Assembly (NCBI GenBank): GCA_964016885.1 | Contig: OZ024741.1 | Location: forward strand, 5,022,001-5,086,000 | Direction of reading: 5' to 3' | Length of the DNA: 64,000 nt | From: Eledone cirrhosa | Lineage: Eukaryota | Shown here: positions 1-14,559 of the stretch, one piece after another | How positions within the stretch are numbered: the first letter of the stretch is position 1 | Layout: every line of letters begins with the position of its first letter | Position numbers and translations under genes: made by a program | The notes under the pieces: model-generated | Told to the model about the DNA's origin: nothing | Databases searched by the model: none | What the model saw: the letters and a program-made list of their open reading frames with translations, nothing else

Positions 1-340
1 TAACATCATATAATTAAGTTCGGGTTGATATAGGGCCTGTCACCCCCCCCCCCCCCCTCCTTGCTCTTTCCTTCCTTTTCCTCTCATTTGTGGCATTTAT
101 AGTCCTTTCCTCTACTTTCCCATACAACCAGATTTGCCCTTCCCCATTTTTTTCATCATTTAATTTTGATTTTTATATTTCAATCATTGTACAACTTCAG
201 TCTATAAAATATATTTGACATAATATTTTTATGTCTAACAAACTGCATTTATCTTGTAAAACAAACAAAAAAGGATGTAATACAGAAAAGCTAATTAGAA
301 AACATTATGAAGGCATGTGAAGATAATGGTTTTCAGGATC
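1..340. other. Unique AT-rich, probably non-coding flank (intergenic or intronic)
   Basis: No monomer similarity. It has a C-run and pyrimidine-rich tract near 43-150, A/T runs, and no convincing ORF. Confidence 0.75.
43..57 (+). repeat. Poly-C homopolymer (C15) heading a polypyrimidine tract
   Basis: Read directly: ca-C15-tccttgctctttccttccttttcctctc. Confidence 0.9.
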
Positions 341-356
341 GTTAGAATTGTTTAGG

Positions 357-383
357 TGTGTGTGTGTGTGGGGGGGGGGGGGG
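357..383 (+). repeat. (TG)7 microsatellite fused to a G14 run in the first monomer
   Basis: tttagg-(tg)7-G13-ttgaaactgg replaces the usual GGTGGGGGTATG segment. Confidence 0.9.
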
Positions 384-539
384 TTGAAACTGGATAGTTA
401 ACCCTAAATTATAGTGTTTAGTGAATGTTAGGACTGTTTAGATGGTGGGGGGTGGGGGGGGGGTATGTTGAAACTGGAGAGTTAGCCCTAAATTATAGTG
501 TTTAGTGAATGTTAGAACTGTTTAGAAGGTGGGGGGTAT

Positions 540-1390
540 GTTGAAACTGGAGAGTTAGGCCTAACTTATAGTGTTTAGTGAATGTTAGAACTGTTTAGAA
601 GGTGGGGGGTATGTTGAAACTGGAGAGTTAGCCCTAAATTATAGTGTTTAGTGAATGTTAAAACTGTTTAGAAGGTGGGGGTATGTTGAAACTGGAGAGT
701 TAGCCCTAAATTATAGTTTAGTGAATGTTAAAACTGTTTAGAAGGTGGGGTATGTTGAAACTGGACAGTTAAGCCTAAATTATAGTGTTTAGTGAATGTT
801 AGAACTGTTTAGGTGGGGAGTATGTTGAAACTGGAGAGTTAACCCTAAATTATAGTGTTTAGTGAATGTTAGAACTGTTTAGAAGGTGGGGGTATGTTGA
901 AACTGAAGAGTTAGCCCTAAATTATAGTTTAGTGAATGTTAGAACTGTTTAGAAGGTGGGGGTATGTTGAAACTGGAGAGTTAGGCCTAACTTATAGTGT
1001 TTAGTGAATGTTAGAACTGTTTAGAAGGTGGGGGGTATGTTGAAACTGGAGAGTTAGCCCTAAATTATAGTGTTTAGTGAATGTTAAAACTGTTTAAAAG
1101 GTGGGGGTATGTTGAAACTGGAGAGTTAGCCCTAAATTATAGTTTAGTGAATGTTAAAACTGTTTAGAAGGTGGGGTATGTTGAAACTGGACAGTTAAGC
1201 CTAAATTATAGTGTTTAGTGAATGTTAGAACTGTTTAGGTGGGGAGTATGTTGAAACTGGAGAGTTAACCCTAAATTATAGTGTTTAGTGAATGTTAGAA
1301 CTGTTTAGAAGGTGGGGGTATGTTGAAACTGAAGAGTTAGCCCTAAATTATAGTTTAGTGAATGTTAGAACTGTTTAGAAGGTGGGGGTA
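540..1390. repeat. 6-monomer (426 bp) higher-order repeat, two copies
   Basis: TTAGGCCTAACTT at 555 and 981, and GAAGAG at 905 and 1331; both offsets are 426. Confidence 0.85.
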
Positions 1391-4300
1391 TGTTGAAACT
1401 GGAGAGTTAGCCCTAAATTATAGTGTTTAGTGAATGTTAAAACTGTTTAGAAGGTGGGGGTATGTTGAATCTGGAGGGTTAGCCCTAAATTATAGTGTTT
1501 AGTGAATGTGAGAACTGTTTAGAAGGTGGCGGTATGTTGAAACTGGAGAGATAGGCCTAAATTATAGTGTTTAGTGAATGTTAAAACGGTTTACAAGGTG
1601 AGGGTATGTGGAAACTGGACAGTTACCCCTAAATTATAGTGTTTAGTGAATGTTAGAACTGTTTAGAAGGTGGGGGGGGGGGGGTATGTTGAAACTGGAC
1701 AGTTAAACCTAAATTATAGTGTTTAGTGAATGTTAAAACTGTTTAGAAGGTGGGGGTATGTTGAAACTGGAGAGTTAGCCCTAAATTATAGTGTTTAGTG
1801 AATGTTAGAACTGTTTAGAAGATGGGGGTGGGGTATGTTGAAACTTGACAGTTAACCCTAAATTATAGTGTTTAGTGAATGTTTGAACTGTTTAGAAGGT
1901 GGGGGTTATGTTGAAACTGGAGAGTTAGCCTTAAATTATAGTGTTTAGTGAATGTTAGAACTGTTTAGAAGGGGGGGGGGTATGTTGAAACTGGACAGTT
2001 AAACCTAAATTATAGTGTTTAGTGAATGTTAAAACTGTTTAGAAGGTGGGGGTATGTTGAAACTGGAGAGTTAGCCCTAAATTATAGTGTTTAGTGAATG
2101 TTAGAACTGTTTAGAAGGTGGGGGGGTATGTTGAAACTGGAGAGTTAAACCTAAATTATAGTGTTTAGTGAATGTTAGACCGGTTTAGAAAGTGGGGTTA
2201 TGTTGAAACTGGACAGTTAACACTAAATTATAGTGTTTAGTGAATGTTAAAGGTGTTTAGATGGTGGGGGTATGTTGAAACTGGAGAATTAACCCTAAAT
2301 TATAGTGTTTAGTGAATGGTAGAACTATTTAGAAGGTGGGGGGTATGTTGAAACTGGAGAGTTAGCCCTAAATTATAGTGTTTCGTGAATGTTAGAACTG
2401 TTTAGAAGGTGGGGGGGGGGTATGTTGAAACTAGACAGTTAACCCTAAATTATAGTGTTTAGTGAATGTTAGAACTGTTTAGAAGGTGGGGGGTATGTTG
2501 AAACTGGACAGTAACCTTAAATTATAGTGTTTAGTGAATGTTAGAACGATTTAGAAAGTTGGGGTTATGTTGAAACTGGACAGTTAACCCTAAATTATAG
2601 TGTTTAGTGAATGTTAGAACTGTTTAGAAGGTGGAGGGTATGTTGAAACTGGACAGTTAAGTCTAAATTTTAGTGTTTAGTGAATGTTAGAACTGTTTAG
2701 GTGGGGGGTATGTTGAAACTGGAGAGTTAGCCCTAAATTATAGTGTTTAGTGAATGTTAGAACTGTTTAGGTGGGGGTATGTTGAAACTGAAGAGTTAGC
2801 CCTAAATTATATTTTAGTGAATGTTAGAACTGTTTAGAAGGTGGGGGTATGTTGAAACTGGAGGGTTAGCCCTAAATTATAGTGTTTAGTGAATGTTAAA
2901 ACTGTTTAGAAGGTGGGGGTATGTTGAATCTGGAGGGTTAGCTCTAAATTATAGTGTTTAGTGAATGTGAGAACTGTTTATAAGGTGGCGGTATGTTGAA
3001 ACTGGAGAGATAGGCTTAAATTATAGTGTTTAGTGAATGTTAAAACTGTTTAGAAGGTGAGGGTATGTTGAAACTGGACAGTTAGCCCTAAATTATAGTG
3101 TTTAGTGAAAGTTAGAACTGTTTAGAAGGTGGCGGTTATGTTTAAACTGGAGAGTTAGCCCTAAATTATAGTGTTTAGTGAATGTGAGAACTGTTTAGAA
3201 GGTGGGTGTGTGTTGAAACTGGACAGTTAACTCTAAATTATAGTGTTTAGTGAATGTTAGAACTGTTTAGAAGGTGGGGGGTATGTTGAATCTGGAGAGT
3301 TAGCCCTAAATTATAGTGTTTAGTGAATGTTAGAACTGTTTAGAAAGTGGGTGGGGGGTATGTTGTAACTGGACAGTTAACCCTAAATTATAGTGTTTAG
3401 TGAATGTTAGAACTGTTTAGAAGTTGGGTGGAGGGTATGTTGAAACTGGACAGTTGCCCTAAATTATAGTGTTTAGTGAATGTTAGAACTGTTTAGAAGG
3501 TGGGGGTATGTTGAATCTGGACAGTTAACCCAAAATTATAGTGTTTGGTGAATGTTAAACTGTTTAGAAGGTGGGGGTATGTTGAATATGAAGAGTTAAC
3601 CCTAAATTATAGTGTTTAGTGAATGTTAGAACTGTTTAGAAGTTGGGTGGAGGGTATGTTGAAACCGGACAGTTAGCCCTAAATTATAGTGTTTAGTGAA
3701 TGTTAGAACTGTTTAGAATGTGGGGGGTATGTTGAAACTGAAGAGATAGCCCTAAATTATAGTTTAGTGAATGTTAGAACTGTTTAGAAGGTGGGGGGTA
3801 TGTTGAATCTGGAGAGTTAGCCCTAAATTATAGTGTTTAGTGAATGTTAGAACTGTTTAGAAGGTGGGAGTATGTTGAAACTGGAGAGTTAGCCCTAAAT
3901 TATAGTGTTTAGTGAATGGTAAAATTGTTTAGAAGGTGTGGTATGTTGAAACTGGACAGTTAAGCCTAAATCATAGTGTTTAGTGAATGTTAAAACTGTT
4001 TAGAAGGTGGGGTATGTTGAAACTGGACACTTAAGCCTAAGTTATAGTCTTTAGTGAATGTTAGAACGGTTTAGGTGGGGAGTATGTTGAAACTGGAGAG
4101 TTAACCCTAAATTATAGTGTTTAGTGAATGTTAGAACTGTTTAGGTGGGGGTATGTTGAAACTGAAGAGATAGCCCTAAATTATAGTTTAGTGAATGTTA
4201 GAACTGTTTAGAAGGTGGGGGGTATGTTGAATCTGGAGAGTTAGCCCTAAATTATAGTGTTTAGTGAATGTTAGAACTGTTTAGAAGGTGGAGGGCAATG

Positions 4301-7300
4301 TTGAAACTGGAGAGTTATCCCTAAATTATAGTGTTTAGTGAATGTCAGAACTGTTTAGAAGGTGGGAGTATGTTGAAACTGGAGAGTTAGCCCTAAATTA
4401 TAGTGTTTAGTGAATGTTAGAACTGTTTAGAAGGTGGGGGAATGTTGAAACTGGAGAGTTAGCCCTAAATTATAGTGTTTAGTGAATATTAAAACTGTTT
4501 AGGTGGGGGGTATGTTGAATCTGGAAAGTTAACCCTAAATTATAGTGTTTAGTGAATGTTAAAACTGTTTTAGAAGGTGGGGGGTATATTGAAACTGGAG
4601 AGTTAGCCCTAAATTATAGTGTTTAGTGAATGGTAAAATTGTTTAGAAGGTGGGGTATGTTGAAACTGGACAGTTAAGCCTAAATCATAGTGTTTAGTGA
4701 ATGTTAGAACTGTTTAGAAGGTGGGGGGTATGTTGAAACTGGACAGTTGACCCTAAATTATAGTGTTTAGTGAATGTTAGAACTGTTTAGAAAGTGGGTG
4801 GGGGGTATGTTGAAACTGGACAGTTACCCTAAATTATAGTGTTTAGAGAATGTCAGAACTGTTTAGAAAGTGGGTGGGGGGTATGTTGAAACTGGAGAGT
4901 TAGCCCTAAATTATAGTGTTTAGTGAATGGTAAAATTGTTTAGAAGGTGGGGTATGTTGAAACTGGACAGTTGACCCTAAATCATAGTGTTTAGTGAATG
5001 TTAGAACTGTTTAGAAGGTGGAGGGTATGTTGAAACTGGACAGTTAACCCTAAATTATAGTGTTTAGTGAATGTTAGAACTGTTTAGAAAGTGGGTGGGG
5101 GGTATGTTGAAACTGGACAGTTACCCTAAATTATAGTGTTTAGTGAATGTTAGAACTGTTTAGAAGGTCGGAGGGTATGTTGAAACTGGACAGTTAAACC
5201 TAAATTATAGTGTTTAGTGAATGTTAGAACTGTTTAGAAGGTGGGGGGATGTTGAATCTGGAGAGTTAGCCCTAAATTATAGTGTTTAGTGAATGTTAGA
5301 ACTGTTTAGAAGGTGGGGGGTATGTTGAATCTGGAGAGTTAGCCCTAAATTATAGTGTTTAGTGAATGTTAGAACTGTTTAGAAAGTGGGTGGGGGGTAT
5401 GTTGAAACTGGACAGTTAACCCTAAATTATAGTGTTTAGTGAATGTTAGAACTGTTTAGAAGTTGGGTGGAGGGTATGTTGAAACTGGACAGTTAACCCT
5501 AAATTATAGTGTTTAGTGAATGTTAGAACTGTTTAGAAGTTGGGTGGAGGGTATGTTGAAACTGGACAGTTGCCCTAAATTATAGTGTGTAGTGAATGTT
5601 AGAACTGTTTAGAAGGTGGGGGTATGTTGAATCTGGACAGTTAACCCTAAATTATAGTGTTTGGTGAATGTTAAACTGTTTAGAAGGTGGGGGTATGTTG
5701 AATCTGGAGAGTTAGCCCTAAATTATAGTGTTTAGTGAATGTTAGAACTGTTTAGAAGGTGGGGGGTATGTTGAAACCGGACAGCTAACCCTAAATTATA
5801 GTGTTTAGTGAATGTGAGACTGTTTAGAAGTTGGGTGGAAGGTATGTTGAAACTGGACAGTTAAGCCTAAATTATAGTGTTTAGTGAATGTTAGAACTGT
5901 TTAGAAGGTGGGAGTATGTTGAAACTGGAGAGTTAGCCCTAAATGATAGTGTTTAGTGAATGTTAGAACTGTCTAGAAGGTGGGGGAATGTTGAAACTGG
6001 AGAGTTAGCCCTAAATTATAGTGTTTAGTGAATGTTAAAACTGTTTAGAAGGTGGGGTATGTTGAAACTGGACACTTAAGCCTAAGTTATAGTCTTTAGT
6101 GAATGTTAGAACGGTTTAGGTGGGGAGTATGTTGAAACTGGAGAGTTAATCCTAAATTATAGTGTTTAGTGAATGTTAGAACTGTTTAGGTGGGGGTATG
6201 TTGAAACTGAAGAGTTAGCCCTAACTTATATTTTAGTGAATGTTAGAACTGTTTAGAAGGTGGGGGTATGTTGAAACTGGAGGGTTAGCCCTAAATTATA
6301 GTGTTTAGTGAATGTTAAAACTGTTTAGAAGGTGGGGGTATGTTGAAACTGGAGAGATAGGCCTAAATTATAGTGTTTAGTGAATGTTAAAACTGTTTAG
6401 AAGGTGAGGGTATGTTGAAACTGGACAGTTAGCCCTAAATTATAGTGTTTAGTGAATGTTAGAACTGTTTAGAAAGTGGGTGGGGGGTATGTTGAAACTG
6501 GACAGTTAACCCTAAATTATAGTGTTTAGTGAATATTAGAACTGTTTAGAAGTTGGGTGGAGGGTATGTTGAAACTGGACAGTTGCCCTAAATTATAGTG
6601 TTTAGTGAATGTTAGAACTGTTTAGAAGGTGGGGGTATGTTGAATTTGGACAGTTAACCCTAAATTATAGTGTTTGGTGAATGTTAAACTGTTTAGAAGG
6701 TGGGGGTATGTTGAATATGGAGAGTTAACCCTAAATTATAGTGTTTAGTGAATGTTAGAACTGTTTAGAAGTTGGGTGGAGGGTATGTTGAAACCGGACA
6801 GTTAGCCCTAAATTATAGTTTAGTGAATGTTAGAACTGTTTAGAATGTGGGGGGTATGTTGAAACTGAAGAGATAGCCCTAAATTATAGTTTAGTGAATG
6901 TTAGAACTGTTTAGAAGGTGGGGGGTATGTTGAATCTGGAGAGTTAGCCCTAAATTATAGTGTTTAGTGAATGTTAGAACTGTTTAGAAGGTGGAGGGTA
7001 TGTTGAAACTGGAGAGTTAGCCCTAAATGATAGTGTTTAGTGAATGTTAGAACTGTTTAGAAGGAGGGGTATGTTGAAACTGGAGAGTTAGCCCTAAATG
7101 ATAGTGTTTAGTGAATGTTAGAACTGTTTAGAAGGTAGGTGGGGGGTATGTTGAAACTGGACAGTTAACCCTAAATTAGTGTTTAGTGAACGTTAGAACG
7201 GTTTAGAAAGTGGGGGTTATGTTGAAACTGGACAGTTAAGCCTAAATTATAGTGTTTAGTGAATGTTAAAACGGTTGTGACAATGTGGGGGTTATGTTGA

Positions 7301-10300
7301 AACTGGACAGTTACCCCTAAATTATAGTGTTTAGTGAATGTTAGAACTGTTTAGAAGGTGGGGGTATGTTGAAACTGGACAGTTAACCCTAAATTATAGT
7401 GTTTGGTGAATATTAAACTGTTTAGAAGGTGGGGGTATGTTGAAACTGGACAGTTATCCTTAAATTATAGTGTTTAGTGAATGTGAGACTGTTTAGAAGT
7501 TGGGTGGAGGGTATGTTGAAACTGGACAGTTAACCCTAAATTATAGTGTTTAGTGAATGTTAGAATCGTTTAGAAGGTGCGGGGTATGCTGAATCTGGAG
7601 AGTTAGCCTTAAATTATAGTGTTTAGTGAATGTTAGAACTGTTTAGGTGGGGGTATGTTGAAACTGGAGAGTTAGCCCTAAATTATAGTGTTTAGTGAAT
7701 GTTACAACTGTTTAGAAGGTGGGGTATGTTGAAACTGGAGAGTTAACCCTAAATTATAGTGTTTAGTTAATTTTAGAACTGTTTAGAAGTTGGGGGTATG
7801 TTGAATCTGGAGTTAGCCCTAAATTATAGTGTTTAGTGAGGTTAGAACTGTTTAGAAGGTGGAGGGTAGGCTGAAACTGGAGAGTTAGCCCTAAATTATA
7901 GTGTTTAGTGAATATTAAAACTGTTTAGGTGGGGGTATGTTGAAACTGGAGAGTTAGCCCTAAATTATAGTGTTTAGTGAATGTTAGAACTGTTTAGAAG
8001 GTGGAGGTATGTTGAAACTGGAGAGTTAGCCCTAAATTATAGTGTTTAGTGAATGTTAAAACTGTTTAGAACGTGGGGTATGTTGAAACTGGACAGTTAA
8101 GCCTAAATCAGTGTTTAGTGAATGTTAGAACTGTTTAGAAGGTGGGGGTATGTTGAAACTGCAGAGTTAGCCCTAAATTATAGTGTTTAGCGAATGTTAG
8201 AACTGTTTAGAAGGTGGGGGATATGCTGAATCTGGAGAGTTAGCCCTAAATGATAGTGTTTAGTGAATGTTAGAACTGTTTAGAAGGAGGGGTATGTTGA
8301 AACTGGAGAGTTAGCCCTAAATGATAGTGTTTAGTGAAAGTTAGAACTGTTTAGAAGGTGGAGGGTATATTGAAACTGGACAGTTAACCCTAAATTATAG
8401 TGTTTAGTGATTGTTAGAACCGTTTAGAAGGTGGGGGGGTATGTTGAAACTGGGCAGTTACCCCTAAATTATAGTGTTTAGTGAATGTTAGAACCGTTTA
8501 GAAGGTGGGGGGTATGTTGAAACTGGAGAGTTAGCCCTAAATGATAGTGTTTAATGAATGTTAGAACTGTTTAGAAGGTGGGTGGGGTGTATGTTGAAAC
8601 TGGACAGTTAACCCTAAATTAGTGTTTAGTGAACGTTAGAACGGTTTAGAAAGTGGGGGTTATGTTGAAACTGGACAGTTAACCCTAAATTATAGTGTTT
8701 AGTGAATGTTAGAACTGTTTAGAAGGTGGAGGGTATGTTGAAACTGGAGAATTAGCCCTAAATTATAGTGTTTAGTGAATGTTAAAACTGTTTAGAAGGT
8801 GGGGTATGTTGAAACTGGAGAGTTAAACCTAAATTATAGTTTTTAGTGAATGTTAGAACTGTTTAGAAGGTGGGGGGTATGTTGAAACTGGACAGTTAAC
8901 CCTAAATTAAAGTGTTTTTTGAATGTTAGAATTGTTTAGAAGTCGGGTGGAGGGTATGTTGAAACTGGACAGTTGACCCTAAATTATAGTGTTTAGTGAA
9001 TGTTAGAACTGTTTAGAAGGTGGAGGGTATGTTGAAACTGGACAGTTAACCCTAAATTATAGTGTTTAGTGAATGTTAGAACTGTTTAGAATGTGGGGGG
9101 TATGTTGAAACTGAAGAGATAGCCCTAAATTATAGTTTAGTGAATGTTAGAACTGTTTAGAAGGTGGGGGGTATGTTGAATCTGGAGAGTTAGCCCTAAA
9201 TTATAGTATTTAGTGAATGTTAGAACTGTTTAGAAGGTGGAGGGCAATGTTGAAACTGGAGAGTTAGCCCTAAATTATAGTGTTTAGTGAATGTTAGAAC
9301 TGTTTAGAAGTTGGGAGTATGTTGAAACTGGAGAGTTAGCCCTAAATGATAGTGTTTAGTGAATGTTAGAACTGTTTAGAAGATGGGGTATGTTGAAACT
9401 GGAGAGTTAGCCCTAAATGATAGTGTTTAGTGAATGTTAGAACTGTTTAGAAGGTAAGTGGGGGGTATGTTGAAACTGGACAGTTAACCCTAAATTAGTG
9501 TTTAGTGAACGTTAGAACGGTTTAGAAAGTGGGGGTTATGTTGAAACTGGACAGTTAAGCCTAAATTATAGTGTTTAGTGAATGTTAGAACGGTTTTGAC
9601 AATGTGGGGGTTATGTTGAAACTGGACAGTTACCCCTAAATTATAGTGTTTGGTGAATATTAAACTGTTTAGAAGGTGGGGGTATGTTGAAACTGGACAG
9701 TTATCCTTAAATTATAGTGTTTAGTGAATGTGAGACTGTTTAGAAGTTGGGTGGAGGGTATGTTGAAACTGGACAGTTAACCCTAAATTATAGTGTTTAG
9801 TGAATGTTAGAACCGTTTAGAAGGTGCGGGGTATGCTGAATCTGGAGAGTTAGCCTTAAATTATAGTGTTTAGTGAATGTTAGAACTGTTTAGGTGGGGG
9901 TATGTTGAAACTGGAGAGTTAGCCCTAAATTATAGTGTTTAGTGAATGTTACAACTGTTTAGAAGGTGGGGTATGTTGAAACTGGAGAGTTAACCCTAAA
10001 TTATAGTGTTTAGTTAATTTCAGAACTGTTTAGAAGGTGGGGGTATGTTGAAACTGGAGAGTTAGCCCTAAATTATATTGTTTAGTGAATGTTAGAACTG
10101 TTTAGAAGGTGGGGGATATGCTGAATCTGGAGAGTTAGCCCTAAATGATAGTGTTTAGTGAATGTTAGAACTGTTTAGAAGGAGGGGTATGTTGAAACTG
10201 GAGAGTTAGCCCTAAATGATAGTGTTTAGTGAATGTTAGAACTGTTTAGAAGGTGGAGGGTATATTGAAACTGGACAGTTAACCCTAAATTATAGTATTT

Positions 10301-13300
10301 AGTGATTGTTAGAACCGTTTAGAAGGTGGGGGGGTATGTTGAAACTGGGCAGTTAACCCTAAATTATAGTGTTTAGTGAATGTTAGAACCGTTTAGAAGG
10401 TGGGGGGTATGTTGAAACTGGAGAGTTAGCCCTAAATGATAGTGTTTAATGAATGTTAGAACTGTTTAGAAGGTGGGTGGGGGGTATGTTGAAACTGGAC
10501 AGTTAACCCTAAATTAGTGTTTAGTGAACGTTAGAACGGTTTAGAAAGTGGGAGTTATGTTGAAACTGAACAGTTAAGCCTAAATTACAGTGTTTAGTGA
10601 ATGTTAGAACTGTTTAGAAGGTGGGGGTATGTTGAAACTGGACAGTTACCCCTAAATTATAGTGTTTAGTGAATGTTAGAACTGTTTAGAATGTGGGGGT
10701 ATGTTGAAACTGGACAGTTAACCCTAAATTATAGTGTTTGGTGAATGTTAAACTGTTTAGAAGGTGGGGGTATGTTGAAACTGGACAGTTATCCTTAAAT
10801 TATAGTGTTTAGTGAATGTGAGACTGTTTAGAAGTTGGGTGGAGGGTATGTTGAAACTGGACAGTTAACCCTAAATTATAGTGTTTAGTGAATGTTAGAA
10901 CCGTTTAGAACGTGCGGGGTATGCTGAATCTGGAGAGTTAGCCTTAAATTATAGTGTTTAGTGAATGTTAGAACTGTTTAGGTGGGGGTATGTTGAAACT
11001 GGAGAGTTAGCCCTAAATTATAGTGTTTAGTGAATGTTACAACTGTTTAGAAGGTGGGGTATGTTGAAACTGGAGAGTTAACCCTAAATTATAGTGTTTA
11101 GTTAATTTTAGAACTGTTTAGAAGGTGGGGGTATGTTGAATCTGGAGTTAGCCCTAAATTATAGTGTTTAGTGAGGTTAGAACTGTTTAGAAGGTGGAGG
11201 GTAGGTTGAAACTGGAGAGTTAGCCCTAAATTATAGTGTTTAGTGAATATTAGAACTGTTTAGAAGGTGGGGGTATGTTGAAACTGGAGAGTTAGCCCTA
11301 AATGATAGTGTTTAGTGAATGTTAGAACTGTTTAGAAGGTGGGTGGGGGGTATGTTGAAACTGGGCAGTTAACCCTAAATTATAGTGTTTAGTGAATGTT
11401 AGAACGGTTTAGAAAGTGGGGGTTATGTTGAAACTGGACAGTTAACCCTAAATTATAGTGTTTAGTGAATGTTAGAACTGTTTAGAAGGTGGAGGGTATG
11501 TTGAAACTGGAGAGTTAGCCCTAAATTATAGTGTTTAGTGAATGTTAAAACTGTTTAGAAGGTGGGGTATGTTGAAACTGTAGAGTTAACCCTAAATTAT
11601 AGTTTTTAGTGAATGTTAGAACTGTTTAGAAGGTGGGGGGTATGTTGAAACTGGACAGTTAACCCTAAATTATAGTGTTTAGTGAATGTTAGAACGGTTT
11701 AGAAAGTGGGAGTTATGTTGGGAACTAGAGAGTTAGCCCTAAATTATAGTGTTTAGTGAATGTTAAAACTGTTTAGAAGGTGGGGTATGTTGAAACTGGA
11801 CAGTTAAGCCTAAATTATAGTGTTTAGTGAATGTTAGAACTGTTTAGGTGGGGGGTATGTTGAAACTGGAGAGTTAACCCTAAATTATAGTGTTTAGTGA
11901 ATGTTAGAACTGTTTAGAAGTTGGGTGGGGGGTATGTTGAAACTGGACAGTTGTCCCTAAATTATAGTGTTTAGTGAATGTTAGAACGGTTTTGACAATG
12001 TGGGGGTTATGTTGAAACTGGACAGTTACCCCTAAATTATAGTGTTTAGTGAATGTTAGAACTGTTTAGAAGGTGGGGGTATGTTGAAACTGGACAGTTA
12101 ACCCTAAATTATAGTGTTTGGTGAATATTAAACTGTTTAGAAGGTGGGGGTATGTTGAAACTGGACAGTTATCCTTAAATTATAGTGTTTAGTGAATGTG
12201 AGACTGTTTAGAAGTTGGGTGGAGGGTATGTTGAAACTGGACAGTTAACCCTAAATTATAGTGTTTAGTGAATGTTAGAACCGTTTAGAAGGTGCGGGGT
12301 ATGCTGAATCTGGAGAGTTAGCCTTAAATTATAGTGTTTAGTGAATGTTAGAACTGTTTAGGTGGGGGTATGTTGAAACTGGAGAGTTAGCCCTAAATTA
12401 TAGTGTTTAGTGAATGTTACAACTGTTTAGAAGGTGGGGTATGTTGAAACTGGAGAGTTAACCCTAAATTATAGTGTTTAGTGAATGTTAGAACTGTTTA
12501 GAAGGTGGGGGATATGTTGAATCTGGAGAGTTAGCCCTAAATTATAGTGTTTAGTGAATGTTAGAACTGTTTAGAAGGTGGGGGTATGTTGAATCTGGAG
12601 AGTTAGCCCTAAATTATAGTGTTTAGTGAATGTTAGAACTGTTTAGAAGGTGGAGGGTATGTTGAAACTGGAGAGTTAGCCCTAAATTATAGTGTTTAGT
12701 GAATGTTAGAACTCTTTAGAAGGTGGGGGTATGTTGAAACTGGAGAGTTAGCCCTAAATGATAGTGTTTAGTGAATGTTAGAACTATTTAGAAGGTGGGT
12801 GGGAGGTATGTTGAAACTGGACAGTTAACCCTAAATTATAGTGTTTAGTGATTGTTAGAACCGTTTAGAAGGTGGGGGGGGGGTATGTTGTAACTGGGCA
12901 GTTAACCCTAAATTATAGTGTTTAGTGAATGTTAGAACCGTTTAGAAGGTGGGGGGTATGTTGAAACTGGAGAGTTAGCCCTAAATGATAGTGTTTAATG
13001 AATGTTAGAACTGTTTAGAAGGTGGGTGGGGGGTATGTTGAAACTGGACAGTTAACCCTAAATTATAGTGTTTAGTGAATGTTAGAACGGTTTAGAAAGT
13101 GGGGGTTATGTTGAAACTGGACAGTTAACCCTAAATTATAGTGTTTAGTGAATGGTAGAACTGTTTAGAAGTCGGGTGGAGGGTATGTTGAAACTGGAGA
13201 ATTAGCCCTAAATTATAGTGTTTAGTGAATGTTAAAACTGTTTAGAAGGTGGGGTATGTTGAAACTGGAGAGTTAACTCTAAATTATAGTTTTTAGTGAA

Positions 13301-14559
13301 TGTTAGAACTGTTTAGAAGGTGGGGGGTATGTTGAAACTGGGCAGTTAACCCTAAATTAAAGTGTTTTTTGAATGTTAGAACTGTTTAGAAGTCGGGTGG
13401 AGGGTATGTTGAAACTGGACAGTTGACCCTAAATTATAGTGTTTAGTGAATGTTAGAACTGTTTAGAAGGTGGAGGGTATGTTGAAACTGGACAGTTGAC
13501 CCTAAATTATAGTGTTTAGTGAATGTTAGAACTGTTTAGAATGTGGGGGGGGATATTGAAACTGAAGAGATAGCCCTAAATTATAGTTTAGTGAATGTTA
13601 GAACTGTTTAGAAGGTGGGGGGTATGTTGAATCTGGAGAGTTAGCCCTAAATTATAGTGTTTAGTGAATGTTAGAACTGTTTAGAAGGTGGGAGTATGTT
13701 GAAACTGGACAGTTAACCCTAAATTATAGTGTTTTTTGAATGTTAGAACTGTTTAGAAGTCGGGTGGAGGGTATGTTGAAACTGGACAGTTAACCCTAAA
13801 TTATAGTGTTTGGTGAATGTTAAACTGTTTAGAACGTGGGGGTATGTTGAAACTGGACAGTTAACCCTAAATTATAGTGTTTAGTGAATGTTAGAACCGT
13901 TTAGAAGGTGGTGGGGTATGTTGAATCTGGAGAGTTATCCCTAAATTATAGCGTTTAGTGAATGTTAGAACTGTTTAGAAGGTGGAGGGTATGTTGAAAC
14001 TGGAGAGTTAGCCCTAAATGATAGTGTTTAGTGAATGTTAGAACTGTTTAGATGGTGGGGTATGTTGAAACTGGAGAGTTAGCCCTAAATGATAGTGTTT
14101 AGTGAATGTTAGAACTGTTTAGAAGGTGGGTGGGGGGTATGTTGAAACTGGACAGTTAACCCTAAATTAGTGTTTAGTGAACGTTAGAACGGTTTAGAAA
14201 GTGGGGGTTATGTTGAAACTGGACAGTTAAGCCTAAATTATAGTGTTTAGTGAATGTTAGAACTGTTTAGAAGGTGGAGGGTATGTTGAAACTTGAGAGT
14301 TAGCCCTAAATTATAGTGTTTAGTGAATATTAACACTGTTTAGGTGGGGCGTATGTTGAAACTGGAGAGTTAGCCCTAAATGATAGTGTTTAGTGAATGT
14401 TAGAACTGTTTAGAAGGTGGGTGGGGGGTATGTTGAAACTGGGCAGTTACCCCTAAATTATAGTGTTTAGTGAATGTTAGAACCGTTTAGAAGGTGGGGG
14501 GGTATGTTGAAACTGGAGTTAGCCCTAAATGATAGTGTTTAGTGAATGTTAGAACTGTT

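Noticed and set aside
200-345. TATAAAA at ~203 and short ORF from ATG at 308
   Set aside because: A TATA-like word is expected by chance in AT-rich DNA, and the ORF ends at TAG after about 12 codons.
43-383. C15 and G14 as terminal inverted repeats of a MITE
   Set aside because: Complementarity is confined to the homopolymers, no target-site duplication was seen, and the G-run belongs to the first satellite monomer.
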